The position numbers and the translations under genes were made by a program. 64,000 bases of DNA from the human T2T-CHM13v2.0 reference genome, Homo sapiens. Under the pieces are notes generated by a model. That model had not been told where the DNA came from and did not search any database. It saw nothing but the letters and a program-made list of their open reading frames with translations. Positions within the stretch are counted from its first letter, which is position 1. Each line of letters starts with the position of its first letter. Shown one piece after another: positions 14,630-28,874 of this stretch. The stretch lies in NCBI RefSeq assembly GCF_009914755.1, contig NC_060931.1; one strand, given 5' to 3'.

Positions 14630-15330
14630 AAAAAAACTATTTTATTTCTGAACTATTTGACAGTAAGTTGCTAACTTGATGGCCCTCGCTTCTGAATACT
14701 TTAGTATGCATTTCCTAAAAAAAGGACAGTCTCTGACCTAACCACATTAGGATCAATATCATAAGGACATTTACATTGATATATTCTTATTATCTAATCT
14801 TTAGACTCCATTCTATGTTACCAGTTGCCCCAGTAACTTTTTTTATAGGGAAAGTATCCACTTCAGAATCCCATGTTAAATTGAAATGTCATATCCCTTT
14901 AATCTCCTTCATTCTGGAACAAGTTCTTAGCCTTTCCTTGATTCTCAAGAGTTAAGGGATTAAATATGAATACTTTTGAAAATTATGTCTTACTTATTTC
15001 AAAAAATGCCCCTAAATATTTATTTGCCTGATGATGGTCTCTTATGATTAGGTTCCGTATACACCTTTTGACAAGAATATCACAGAAGTGCACTACATGC
15101 TCTTCAGGGTATTCCATCAAGTAGCACACAATTTTCATTTGTAAAATTACTGATGATGTTCACTTTGATCATTTGATCAAGGTGGTGTCTGGCAGGCTTC
15201 TACAATGTAAAACTACTGTTCCTTCTTTGTAAATGTGTTTATGAGAGAGGTACTTTGAAAATATATAAATATTGTTACTCATCAAATTTTCAATTAATTT
15301 TATTTATTTATTTACCTTTACATCTGTATG
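14630..15330 (-). mobile_element. L1MC4/5-type 3' end
   Basis: tttctgaactatttgacagtaagttgc...gaatactttagtatgcatttcctaaaa...tcactttgatcatttgatcaaggtggtgtctg. Confidence 0.75.
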
Positions 15331-15331
15331 A

Positions 15332-15419
15332 CAGGTGACTTAAGATCCCAGTTTGCCCAAGATGGAGAGATTTCTCAGCCTTCAGGACTTTAGTACTCAA
15401 ACTGGAACAGTACTGGGCA
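15332..15419. mobile_element. MER81/MER94-like hAT-Blackjack MITE fragment
   Basis: aggtgac...tcccagtttgccc...ggactttagtactcaaactggaacagtactgggca, an internally palindromic Blackjack signature. Confidence 0.55.
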
Positions 15420-17370
15420 TATGTACATGTACATATCTTTATGTCAACAAATGTTTCCATTTATATCTAGTAAATATAGAATTGAAATGGGTAGGAATTA
15501 TGGCAAGTCCATGTTTAATATTTTAGGAGATTCTCAAATATTTTTACAAAGTAGTTGTGCCATTTTAAATGCCTACCAGCAACGTATTAGAGTTCTAGCA
15601 GCATTACATACCATATGCTACAAAACTTGGAATTGGTCACCTTTATAATTTTAGCCATTCTAATACACGTTTAGTTTTATGGAATGATGATTTTGATTTG
15701 CATTCCCCTGATGACAAATGACATTAAGCAACTTTTCATGTGTTTATTTGCCATCCTTGCAATTGTCTATCCAAATATTTGTACTATTTGGGTGGGTAGT
15801 TTACCTTTTTATAATTGATCAATAATATTTCTTTATATATTCTGGATATAATTTTTTGTCACATATATGTATTGAAACTATTTTCTCCTGTTTTTGTTTT
15901 CATTCTTGTTTTCTTAAATAGTATCTTTTGAGAATAAAATGTTTTTATTTTGAAATCATTTTTCAAGCATTATTTTTGTTTTTTGTATTTTATCTAAAAA
16001 ATCTTTGCCTACTGTATTAGTCAGCGTTCGCTAGAGGGATAGGACTGATCAGATAGATGTATATATGAGGAGGATTTTATTAAGGAACATTGACTTACAC
16101 GATCACAAGGTGAAGTCCCACGATAGGCTGTCTGCAAGTTGAGGAGCAAGGAAGCCAGTCTGAGCCCCTAAACCTCAAAAGTAGGGAAGTGAACAGTGCA
16201 GCCTTCAGTCGATAGCTGATGGCCTGAGGGCCCCTAGCAAACCACTGGTGTAAGTCCGAGAGTCCAAAAGACGAAGAACTTTGAGTCTTATGTTTGAGGG
16301 TAGGAATCATCCAGCATGAGAGAAAGATGAAGACCAGAAGACTCAGCAAGTTGATGTCTCCCACGCACCTTTTTCTGCCTGCTTTATTCAAGCTGCGATG
16401 GAAGCTGATCGGATGGTGCCCATCCACACTGAAGGTGGGTCTGCCTCTCTGAGTCCACTGACTCAAATGTTAATCTTTTTTGGCAACAACCTCACAGGCA
16501 CACCCAAGAACAATTCTTTGCATCCTTCAATGCAATGGGACATTAAGTAAAGTACCCAAAAGGCCTTTGTCTCAGATGTAAGGGCAAACAAGTCATAGAC
16601 AAAATATTGTCAGTATTTACCATCATACCTACCCAAAACAATGAAGATGGTCTTTTATATTTTACTATGAAAGTTTTATCATTTTAGCTTTTAAATTTAG
16701 GTGTAGATTCAATTTCAAATTAATTTTTGTGTATGTTCATTTTTATCTCAAATGGAGAACCAAATGGTTTCAGCATAATTTTTAGCAAAATTTTTCTTTT
16801 TACCATTGAATTATCTTGACACCATTGGTGAAAATTAACTGAAGATTTATGAGTGGGCCTGTTTTTGGATTCTATTCTGTTCCACCAATCTGTGTCTATT
16901 CTTTCACCAATACCATACAGTTTTGATGACTAGATTTATACCATGCCTTGAAATAGGGTGGTGTATGCAGTTAACTGGGTGATTCTTTTAAAAAATTTTT
17001 AGGCTCTTCCAGGTCATTTGTATATCTATAAAATTTATAGAATTAGTTTGTTAATTTTTCAAAAAAATAGCAGCAATAATTTTCATATTTATTGTTTTGA
17101 ATTTATAAGTCAACATGAAATAATGTTGAATATTAAGATTATTGATTTTTCCAAACAATAAGCAAGAAATTTTCTATTTCATTGTCTTTTAATTTGAGCC
17201 AGCAATGTTCTGTAGTTTCCTGTGCGGTGATATTGCATGGAATTGCTCATTTATTTTAAGTATCTTATTTTTTGATTTTATTATTGAGCAAAACTTTAAA
17301 TTTTATTGTTCAGTAGTCTTATATTAGTTTAAAAAGAATATACTACATTTTTTACAAGCAAAATACAGAC
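15420..17370 (-). mobile_element. Old L1M ORF2 remnant, interrupted by an MLT2A2 LTR
   Basis: Antisense L1 ORF2 text (gttttgatttgcattcccctgatgacaaatgac; ctattctgttccaccaatctg). Confidence 0.75.
16013..16627 (-). mobile_element. MLT2A2 (HERVL) solo LTR carrying a templated insertion
   Basis: tgtattagtcagcgttcgctagagggatagg...gatcacaaggtgaagtcccacgataggctgtctgcaag...accatcata; exact 5-bp TSD cctac (16008-16012 / 16628-16632). Confidence 0.92.
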
Positions 17371-17379
17371 ATAGTAACT

Positions 17380-18140
17380 GTTTTAATGTCCTTTTCTCTT
17401 AAGTATGTAATCTGGATCATATCTGGGTAAGTTTTGACTTTTTAAATTAATATTATGGGTCATATTATCTGTTTCTTTGCATGCCTGATGGCTTTTAACT
17501 AGATAATGGCAGGCAATGTAGTTTTTTTTATGGGTGCTAGATATTTCTACATGCTATAAATATTCTTGAGTTTGTTTTGGGATGCTGCTAATTTACTTGT
17601 AAATTGATGTTTTCATGTCTTGCTTTCAAGCTTTTAGATGGGACCAGTACATTATTTTGTCTATGACTTGTTTGCCCTTACATCTGAGACAAAGGCCTTT
17701 AAGTACTTTAGTCAATGTCCCATGAAATACAAAGTTTTCCACTCTGGCAGTTAGGAGAATACATTATTCTTGGTAACTGGTGAGCTGGGATTTTTTACTC
17801 CTTAATCCTTTCAGTTCACTCCTATTATTCCATTATCTGAAAATGTCTTTACTGTCTTCACTCTTACAAAAAATTTTTCACTGGATATAGAATTCTGAAT
17901 TGATACTTATTTCTGTTTCTTTAAGCATATTAAAGATACTGTTCCACCATCTTTTTGCCTCCATGGTATCTGATAAAAAGTGATTATTCACAATTATTAT
18001 TTGTATTTACACAATTTATAATTTTTCTTTAAATTTTTTCATCAGTTTTATGGTGATGTACCTAAACACTGTTTTCCTCAAAATTATCCTCCTTGTGTTT
18101 GCTATATTTTGCACCTGTAAATATATGTCTTGATCCATTT
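17380..18140 (-). mobile_element. Old L1M 5' region / ORF1 fragments (L1MD/MC-type)
   Basis: tttctttgcatgcctgatg...gggtgctagatatttc...aagttttccactctggc; tctgaaaatgtctttact...ctggatatagaattctg. Confidence 0.65.
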
Positions 18141-18149
18141 GGTTCGTTT

Positions 18150-21100
18150 TAAAGTCAGGGGGTTAATTGGGTAAGAATGAGATCCTATAAATTGAAACGG
18201 GTATTTGTGGGAAGACCCTGATGAAACTGGGAGCATTGAGCCTCTAAATTCTGAAGATTCTTCTTGTCCAATGGAAATGACCTCTACACCCTCAGCAGAA
18301 GTTGCCTCCATACTCCCATTGGAAGTGGCTATCTCTCCCCCAGTGGTAGTGGACCTCCCACTCCCAGTAATAGCAGTCTTTCCATCCAGAGTGATATTGG
18401 CTTTTCTACCTCCATCTGAAGGAATTAACTCCGTATTGCCCTGCATTGCCTGAGGAAATGGTAATAGTCTCCACTGAGGCAGTTGCCATGTGAGAAATGC
18501 AGATTTTCCTCAAGACTCACCCCTACAATCCCTCTTTGCTGCTAGATCTATAACTAGACCCAGCAGACCCCAAAAGATAAGTTACACTCCAAATAATGAG
18601 TCACGCTACACTCCAAAAGAACTATTCGAGTTTTTGGATTGGCACAAGCAAAAATCTAGGAAACGTGTAAAATGGATAGAGTATTTGGGGCGAGGGGGCA
18701 TAGTGTGGGATAATGGTGAAAGGAACATAAACTTGAATAAGCTGCATATGGTGACATGGCCTCCATGAGAAGATTCTGCATTTAATGTTGCAATTTGAAA
18801 AGTTAGTTAATAGTTTGGTTGGTTAGTTGACTGAAACATGGATCAAAGATGACCCATAGTGAGCAAATTGGAAATGCCTAAACTTCCCTAGTTTAATATA
18901 TAAGAAGAGATTTAAAGGGTTAGAGGAATTCAGGTGTTAGAGTGGATTTATCATTTGAGACTCACTCACCCACACCACAGTGGGAGAATTCAGAAGACAT
19001 ACCATTTACCAATACTTTGAAAAATAAGTTGTTGAAGGGAGCCTAGTATTCTTGAAGAATGTCATGATAGTTTTTCTTTGTAGGTCAAACCTTACAGTGG
19101 GAATCACAGCCACTCAATTGGAACACAGAAATACAATGAGAATAATTTGATCCTTGGGCAGCAGGTACAAAGTGGTGCCACTCGACCACCAAAAGCAATA
19201 TGTGCATAATAATGAACAACAGAATAAAGCAGCAATCAGAATAGCATGACTCTAGCAGACCTCTGGCCTTAGCTAATTGATCATGGTGTTCCTAGAGTGA
19301 AAAAAATAAAAATCCTGCTAAATTCTTACTTGATCTGTATAAGCAGAGAGCTCTAGGTCAACTGAGTGAAATTCTAATTCAAATAATTAAAACAGAGAGT
19401 CATGGCTCCTCTATCAAGCCCCAGAGTTGACCCAGTTTACACATCCAAAACCCCTTTAAGTAATAAGATGCTTAGTCCCCTCCAGGAAGGACTGTCAAAC
19501 ATTAACTAAAATTTATGCTGTTAACATTTTTCTATCCTTCTCCAAAGAAATACATGGCCTTCCTACCATGCTAAATGTACATTGGAGAAAAGAAAATAAT
19601 TAGACCTTTCAGAAACTACTGGACACTGGCTTTGAACTTATATTGCTTCCAGAAGACTCAAAGCATCACGGTGACCCTCCAGTCAAATTAGAGCCTTATG
19701 GAAGTCAGGTGATCAGTGGGCTTCTAGCTGAGGTTTATTTCACAGTGATTTCAGTGGGTCCCCAAGCCCTTCCTGTAATTTTTTTTAACCCCAGTTTCAG
19801 ATTCATGATAGAAAAAGACATCTTAGCTGTTGACAGAATCACCACATTAGTTTTCTGTGAGGGTTAGTATGGTGAGAAAAGTGAAGTCAACGTCACTAGA
19901 ACTGCTTCCACCTATGAAAATAAAAACAATCAAGAGCAATACTACATCCCTGGAGGGATTGCAGAGTAGTACTGTCATCAAGAAATTGAAAGTTGCGGGG
20001 ATGATCATTCCCACCATATGCCAATTCAATTCTTCTATTGTCCTTGCAAAAGACAGATGGATCTCAGAGAATAACAGTGGATTATTGTCAGCTTAACCAA
20101 GTTGTGACTGCAACTACTCTACCTGGTGTGGTTTTATTGCTTGAGCAAATAAACACATGCACTGGCATGTGGTATACAGTTATTTATCTGAAAAATAATT
20201 CTTTCTCCATCCCATTTCATAAGGTGAACTTGAAGCAGTTTGCTTTCAACTGTCAAGACAAGCATTATACCTACACTGTCTTACCTCAGGAGTATATCAC
20301 CTCTCTAGCCCTATGTTATAATTTAGTCTGCAGGAGTCTTGACCTAATTTCCCTTCCATAAGATATCACATTGGTCCATGTTGATGAGATTATGCTGATT
20401 GGGCCTGGTGAGCAAAAATGAGCAACTATATTAAATTTATTAGTAAGACATTCATGTGTCAGAGGGTAAGAAATAAATTCAACTAAAATTTGGAAGCTTT
20501 CTACCTTAGTAAAATTCCTACAGGTCCAGTGGTGTGAGGATGTGGCAATTTTCATGTAAGGTAAAAGAAAAAAGTGGTTGCAACAGGCCACTTCAGCAAC
20601 CAAGCAAGAGGCAGAAGGCCTAGTGGGCCCATTTGGATATGGAAGACAACTTATGTTTTATTTGAGTGGGTTATTCTGGGCTATCAATGAAGTGACCCAA
20701 AACTATAAGTATTTAGAGGGGCCCAGAATAAGAGAAGGATCTGCAATATGTCTAGGCTGCTCTACCACTTGGGCTATATAATTGAACAAATCCAACACTG
20801 CTTGGAGTGTTGGTGGTAGATAGGGAGGCTGTTTGGGGCCTTTGTCAACCCCCTACAGCTGAATTGCTGCAAAGGTCTTTAGGATTTTAGATCAATCATC
20901 ATGTGCCTCTAACTAGTTTCCTTTTGAAAGGCAGCTTTTGGCCTGCTTCTGGACCTTAGTAGGGTCCAATTGCTTCATCATGGGCCATCAAATTACCATG
21001 CAGCCTGAGCTGCCTGTCATGAACTGGGTGTTATCTGACCCACTGGGCCATAAAATTTGTTGTGCACAGCAAAACTCCATCATCAGATGGAAGTGGTGTA

Positions 21101-23297
21101 TCTGTAATTGGGTTCAAGCAGGCCCTGAAAGCACAAGTAAATTACATGAAGAAGTAGCACAAATGCTCATGGTCTTCTCTTCGGCTACACACTCTTCTCC
21201 CTCTTAGCTTGTACCTGTGGCTTCATGGGGAATTCCCTGCAATCAATCAACAGAGGAAGAAAAATCATCAGCCTAGTTTAAAGATGGTTGCACATGATTT
21301 GTGGCCACCAACATGAAAGCGGATAGCTGTAGCTACAGCCACAATCTGGAACATCCCTGAAGAATATTTGTCAAAGGACATCCTACCAGAGGGCAGATCT
21401 TTGGGCAGTGCGCATAGTTGTACATATTGCTTAGAAGAAAAAATGGCCACTTTTGTGATTTTGTAATAATCCATGAAGCATAGTAAATGTTTTGGCTGGA
21501 CAGTAAGGAAATTACAAGCAACATGATTGAAAAATTGCTGATAAAGAAATTTGAGGAACAGGTGTGTGGCTAGATCTCTCTGAATGGACAAAAAGCATGA
21601 AGCTATTTGTGTCTCATGTGAATGATTACCAAAGTGTGACCTCAGCAGAAAAGGATTTTAATAACCAAGTGCATACTTTGACTTATTCTGTGAATACCAT
21701 TCAGCCTCTGTCTCCAGAGACCACTGTCATTACTTAATGAGTTCATGAACAAATTGGCCATGGTGGCATGGATAGAGGTTGCACATTGACTCAGCAACAT
21801 GGATTTTCACTCACCAAGGCCAATGTCTATAGTCATTGCTGAGTGCCCAATCTGCTAGCACCAGAGACCAACATTGAGTCCCTTATAAGACACCATTCCC
21901 TGAAGTAGCCAGTCAGCTACCTGGTGGCAGATCGTTTATATTGGACCACTTCTATCATGACAGGGGCAATATTATATCCTTACTGGAATAAACACTTCCT
22001 CTGGATACAGATTGCCTTCCCAGTACCCAATGCTTCTGCCAAAACCACCACCCATGGCCTTACAGAATGCTCTAGCCACAATCTCAGTCATGGTTTTCCA
22101 CACAGCATTGCTCCCGATCCAGGAACTCACTTCACAGTGCAATAATTGGCCCGTGATTATAGAATTCACTGGTATTACCAGTCCAAATCAACTGGCTTGA
22201 TAGAATGGTAAAATGACATATTGAAGACTCAGTTATAGTGCCATCCAGATGGCAATATCTTGCAGGCATGGGGTGAGTTTCTCTAGAATGTTATATATGC
22301 CCTGAATAAGCATCCAATATATGATACTGTTTCCCCCATATCCATAATTCATGAATCCTTAAATCAATGGGTGAAAATGGAAGTGGCACCTCTCAACATT
22401 ACTCCTAGTAACCCACTAGCAAAATGTTGCTTTCTATTCCTGTGACTTAATGATATGCCAGATTAAAGGTCTTAGATTCAGAGAGAGGAATGCATCTATG
22501 AGAAGACACAACAATAATCCAATTCAACTGGAAGTTAAGGATGCTGCCTGGCCACTTTGAGCTCCTCATGGCTCTAAGTCAACAGATAAAGGGAGTTACA
22601 ATGTTGGCTGGGGTGATTGATCTGGACTACCAAGGGGGAAATTGGACTATTACTTCACAAGAGATGTAAGAAAGAGTGTATCTGGACTACTGAAAATCAC
22701 TTGGGTTGTCTCAGTATTAATATGCGCTGTGATTAAGGTCAATGGGAAACGAAAACTTAACCTGGGCAGGACAACTAATGGCCTAGAAGTCTTCAGAAAT
22801 GAGGTTTGGGTTATTTATCATGTAAAGAACCATGATCAGCTGAGGTGCCTGCTGAAGGTAAAAGGAATATAGTATGGGTATTAGAAGATAGTTTTAAATA
22901 CCAGCTATGAACATGTGACTAGTTATACAAATAAAGACTATAATTGTCATGAGTATTTTCCCCTTATTTTGTTATGAATATGCTTGCGTGTGTGTATAAA
23001 TATATTAAACAAATGTATTGTTTTATTTTATTACCTTAACATATAACTTAAGCTATATTGACATATTATTATTTAATTACTATAAATGTTAGGTCATATT
23101 ATTTAAGCCATAGGATGTCAGGAAAAAGTAAACATTACTCAAGGACTTAACCTCCTCTTTGAAGAAAGGGATTAGTGCATTTTCAGTTGTATACAGGAGA
23201 GATGTATCATGTTAGGTGGAATTGTAACCTCGTAATTGGTTTTTTGGGAGATAAAGCATACTGTAAGGAGATGAGTATGGCTTGACAAAGGTTGGCT
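18150..23297 (+). mobile_element. ERVL (HERVL / ERVL-B4-like) internal region, 5'-truncated and defective: gag-pro-pol(RT, RNase H, IN)-dUTPase
   Basis: gag WEDPDE (18208); protease LLDTGFEL (19616-19639); RT LQKTDGSQRITVDY...YTVLPQEY and degraded LVH-VDEIMLIG (20371); IN HEQIGHGG...ECPIC, WWQIVYIGPL, IAPDPGTHFT; dUTPase GVTMLAGVIDLDYQG (~22591-22636); many stops and frameshifts. Confidence 0.95.
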
Positions 23298-24186
<889 letters not shown>

Positions 24187-24661
24187 CAGTTCTGTGTTTT
24201 TAAGCAGTCAAGATAAAGTACATGTCTATTACTGCAAGAAACTCTCATTATTCACTTTTGTGGCTCTGCCCACTTGCCTCCTATCCTCTGTCTTCTCCTC
24301 TATTCATAACTTCTGGTGACCATGCATCTGTTTTCTATTTCTGTATTTTTTAATCTAAATAATAACGTATGGAAAGACATTTAGAATGGTAGAGTAAGAA
24401 CCACTAAAAAAAAAACTGGTCCTCAATAAAAGCAATAAAAACACACCGTAATTATCAAAATTAACTTTTCCAGAATTCTGGAAACTAAATAATGCTTGCA
24501 ATATTTTAGCAGCATTTATGAACCAAAATAGCTGCATCTTTCTAAGAAAAGTGACCTTTGTGATATTTTAACATACCATAATTCACATCTGTATCTTCAG
24601 CTCCATAATAGCTTTGAAAACTCACAACCACAGGAACTGGGAAAAATAGGAACTTAGTCAC

Positions 24662-25535
24662 TGATATGGTTTGGCCTCATGGTCTGTGTCCCCACCAAAA
24701 TCTCACCTTGAATTGTAATAATCCCCATGTGTCAAGGGCAGGATCTGGAGATAATTGAATCATGGGAGACGGTTTCCCCCATTCTGTTCTTGTGATAGTG
24801 AGTGAGTTCTCATGAGATCTGATGGTTTTGTAAGGGCTCACCGCTTCACTCGGCACTCATTCTCTCTCCTGCCGCCCTTTGAATGGTTCCTTCTGCCATG
24901 ATTGTAAGTTTCCTGAGGCCTCCCCATCTATGCAGAACTGTGAGTCAATTAAGTCTCTTTTCTTCATAAATTTCCCAGTGTATTATAAGGGTTCTCTAAT
25001 GGAATGGAGCAAATAAGATAGATGTATATATAAAGAGGAGTTGTAAGGAATATTGACTCACATGATCACAAGGTAAAGTCCCACGATAGGCTGTCTGCAA
25101 GCTGAGGAGCAAGGAAGCCAATTAGAGTCCCAAACCTCAAAAGTAGGGAAGCCAACAGTGCAGCCTTTATTCTGTGGTCAAAGAACCAAAACTCTCAAAG
25201 CTGAAGTAATTGGAGTCAGATGTTGGAAGGCAGGAAGCATCCAGCATGGAAGATGAATGTAGGCTGGAAGACTAAGCCAATCTAGTCCCTCCACGTTCCT
25301 CTGACTGCTTTTATCCTAGCTGCCTGGCAGCTGATTCGATGGTGCCCACTCACATTGGGGGTGGGTCTGCCTCTTCCAGTCCACTGACTCAAATGTTAAT
25401 CTCCTTTGGCAACACCCTCACAGACACACCCAGGAACAATACTTTGCATACTTCAATCCAATCAAATTGACTATGTTAACCATCACATCCAGTCTTGGGT
25501 ATTTCTTTACAGCAGCATGAGAGTGACCTAACACA
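24662..25535 (+). mobile_element. THE1C/D solo LTR, split by an MLT2A insertion
   Basis: tgatatggtttgg...ctcaccttgaattgtaataatcccc...[MLT2A]...cagtcttgggtatttctttacagcagcatgagagtgacctaacaca; TSD gtcac / atcac. Confidence 0.9.
24979..25487 (-). mobile_element. MLT2A (A2-like, internally shortened) solo LTR nested in THE1
   Basis: tgtattataagggttctct...gttaaccatcaca; TSD cccag (24974-24978) / tccag (25488-25492). Confidence 0.92.
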
Positions 25536-26979
25536 ATCACTGGAAGAAGGACAAGTCTGGTGCTCTCAAAAAGTCTCATTCCAAGAGACTGAACTGTCTT
25601 ATATAGCTGATGGCTTTCTGAGAAACTCCATGCTCAAGGTTTGTTGTCATTTGACTTGATCAAAGTTTGGTCTTTGTGAATAGCCCTGTCTCCCTGAAAT
25701 TTGTCAAAAACATTTGTTGCAATTGTTTAATCTCTCATCAGCCTGAGGTGGAAATATCAGTTAGGGCAAGCAGTAAGCTGACAAAAGAAGAAAATAAAAG
25801 AAAAAAATAAAAGACAAATGAAGAGAAAAAAGTTGTGACATATTTCTGATAATTTATGATTATACACATTTGCAGGTCCATGAATATGCCTAGGAAAGAG
25901 CTCACTGAGAATTCCTTGATTTTTTACTTCTAGCACACAATGAGCTCTATGGAAGCTGGAAGCGAAGGCTAAGTCAAGGTTATGAACTACTTATCACAGA
26001 ATTGAAGATGTACCTCTGAGAAATACACACAGATCCTTAGGTGAATGATGGGAAACATATTTGTTGAATAATCTAAGAACATATCTGTCCAATGAATAGC
26101 TAAATACTAAGGTAATCAAGCAAGGACTTTGATGGTTAGACACAACAAAGAATACAGACTTAATAATTAGTTCAGGAAAGTCACTAACAAAACAACAACA
26201 ACAAAACCTTGTGGAGAAAGTTTTCTCAGAGTTGCCAAAACATTTAACTTAAAATGTCTAGTTTTCAAGAAAAACAAAACATCAGATAAGCAAAGCAATA
26301 GGGGAGTAACCCTTAAACTGAAAAAAAGTAGTCAATAGAGACTATTATCAAGGAAGACTTTAAATCAGCTGTTATACATATGTTCAAATACGTCAAAGAA
26401 ATCATGTCTAAAAACTTGAAAGTGTGAAAGTAATGTTTCATCCAATACATAAATTCAATAAATATAAAAATATACAGTATTATCAAATATAAATTAGAGG
26501 GCTAAAAGTGAGATTTAAAATGCATCGAAGAGGCTCAACAGCAGATTTAAACTGGCATGAGAACAAAAGCAGATTTGAGGAGTCAGAAGAAAGAATCAGA
26601 TAACTTGAACATAGGTCAACAGAACTCAATCTGAGGAACAGAAAGAAACAAGAATAAAATACAATGAACAGAACCTAAGAGATTTGTGGGATGCCATTAA
26701 GTACAACCATACACATAATAAGAATTCCAGAAGGAATGGAGAACGATAAAGCGGCAGAAATAAAATTTGAAGGAATAATGGCCAAAAACTTCCTACATTT
26801 GATAAAAGACATAATCTACATATTCATGTACCTTAATGAACTCCAAGTAAGGCAAACGCAAAAAATCCAAATTTAAATATATTAGATTCAATCCAAAGAA
26901 AAAGGCAGAAGTCAAAAAAATCAAAAGACCCATACAAAGCGAATATCTTGAAAGTGACAAGAAAAAAATAATGAACTGT

Positions 26980-27255
26980 TCCTTTGGCTAGGGACAATAG
27001 AGTTTTTAGTTATTTTTATCTTGTACTCAGTTGATTTTCTAGGTTATCTATGTGTTCAGCTCTAATTCTGGGATATATGAGGTAAAAAGAAAACCCAGAG
27101 AACTCATCATTTTACCATTTTTTAGGTTCCAATGTCCTTAGCAGGTCTGTCTTCTCTCTACCTTTTTGTATACAATCCCCAAGGTTTTTAGTTGTTAATG
27201 ATATATTAATATTAAATAAGGAGTAGTTTATGTCTTCTCAAATTTCCTGGAAGCA
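26980..27255 (-). mobile_element. Old L1M (L1MD-type) 5' terminus
   Basis: tctgggatatatgaggtaaaaagaaaacccagagaactca...ttcctggaagc. Confidence 0.55.
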
Positions 27256-27355
27256 TAGGCTTCCATCAGTTTTAAGATATATTGTTAAAAATCATTTATT
27301 TATTTTTGTTATTTCTAATTTAAAATTGTTATTATCAGAAATCTTTATTAGTATC

Positions 27356-27716
27356 TGTATTAGTCCATTTTCATGCTGCTGATAAAGACATAACTGAGAC
27401 TGGGTAATTTATAAATAAAAAGAGGTTTAATGGACTCACAGTTCTATGTGGCTGGAGAGGCCTCACACTCATGGCATAAGGCAAAATGCATGTCTTACAT
27501 GGTGGTGGGCAAGAGAGAGTGAAAGCCAAGCAAAAGGGCAAACCCCTTATAAAACCATCAGATCTTGTGAGACCTATGCACTACCATGAGAACAATATGG
27601 AGGGAACCACCCCGTGATTAAATTACCTCTCATCAGTTCTCTCCCATAACACATGGAAATTATGGGAGCTACAATTCAAAATGAGATTTGGCTGAGGACA
27701 CAGCCAAACTGTATTA
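27356..27716 (-). mobile_element. THE1B-like solo LTR
   Basis: tgtattagtccattttcatgctgctgataaagacata...ggacacagccaaactgtatta; exact TSD gtatc on both sides. Confidence 0.93.
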
Positions 27717-28166
27717 GTATCTTATTACTAATTATAACTTGCAGAGTTTTTTTTCTGGCCTTAAACATGCTAAGTTTTCAGTAAAAGATTCATTGATGTT
27801 TGAGAAAGTTAGTCACTGGCTGTCATGATTACAGATGTTTCCAAATGTGTATTATATAAAGTGTGTTAAGTGGGATGTTGAAATCATCTATATTTTACAA
27901 TTTTTAAATTCATTTTTAATATAATTATTAAACAGCTGTATTACAATGTCATCTTTGGATTTTAGGTGAGTTTGTTTCTCCTTGTAATGCTTTTCTTTAA
28001 TTTTACATAGATTTCAAACGTTTGTTGTTAGGTTAATGCAACTTTTTTTTAATCTTTAGTTCTGAATAATTGTTTCCTTTATTATTATATGGTATGCCAT
28101 ACAATTACCCGATTAGTACTTGTATCAAGGTTTCTAGTTTTTCTGATAGTAATATTTATTTTATAA

Positions 28167-28556
<390 letters not shown>

Positions 28557-28874
28557 TAGTAGTGTCTCATTTCTGGCCTCCTATTCATTTAACAATGTAT
28601 TTTTCTTTTGATAGATGCCTTTTGTTTTTTTCTTCTTTTCTTTTTAATGATTAACTTCAAATTCTAACATTATTTGTTACTCATAAAATAACAAAAATTA
28701 TTAAATATATATGTCTTTCTTGCGAACATCACAATGACCTTGGCATGCTTAAACTACTCACTGAAATAATACCTCTTATATTCTATATTATTGACCATAG
28801 TTTTATTTGCATAGTCTCTATTTTTGTGACATATTTTTACAGGAAATACTTATGTACATAAACCTTTTTTAACT

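Larger units (their letters stand above)
24370..26975 (+). mobile_element. L1M 5' UTR plus ORF1 remnant, interrupted by THE1/MLT2A
   Basis: aaaattaacttttccagaattctggaaactaaataatgcttgca; ORF1 text agaagaaagaatcagataacttgaacatagg and IHIIRIPEGMENDKAAEIKFEGIMAKNF. Confidence 0.8.
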
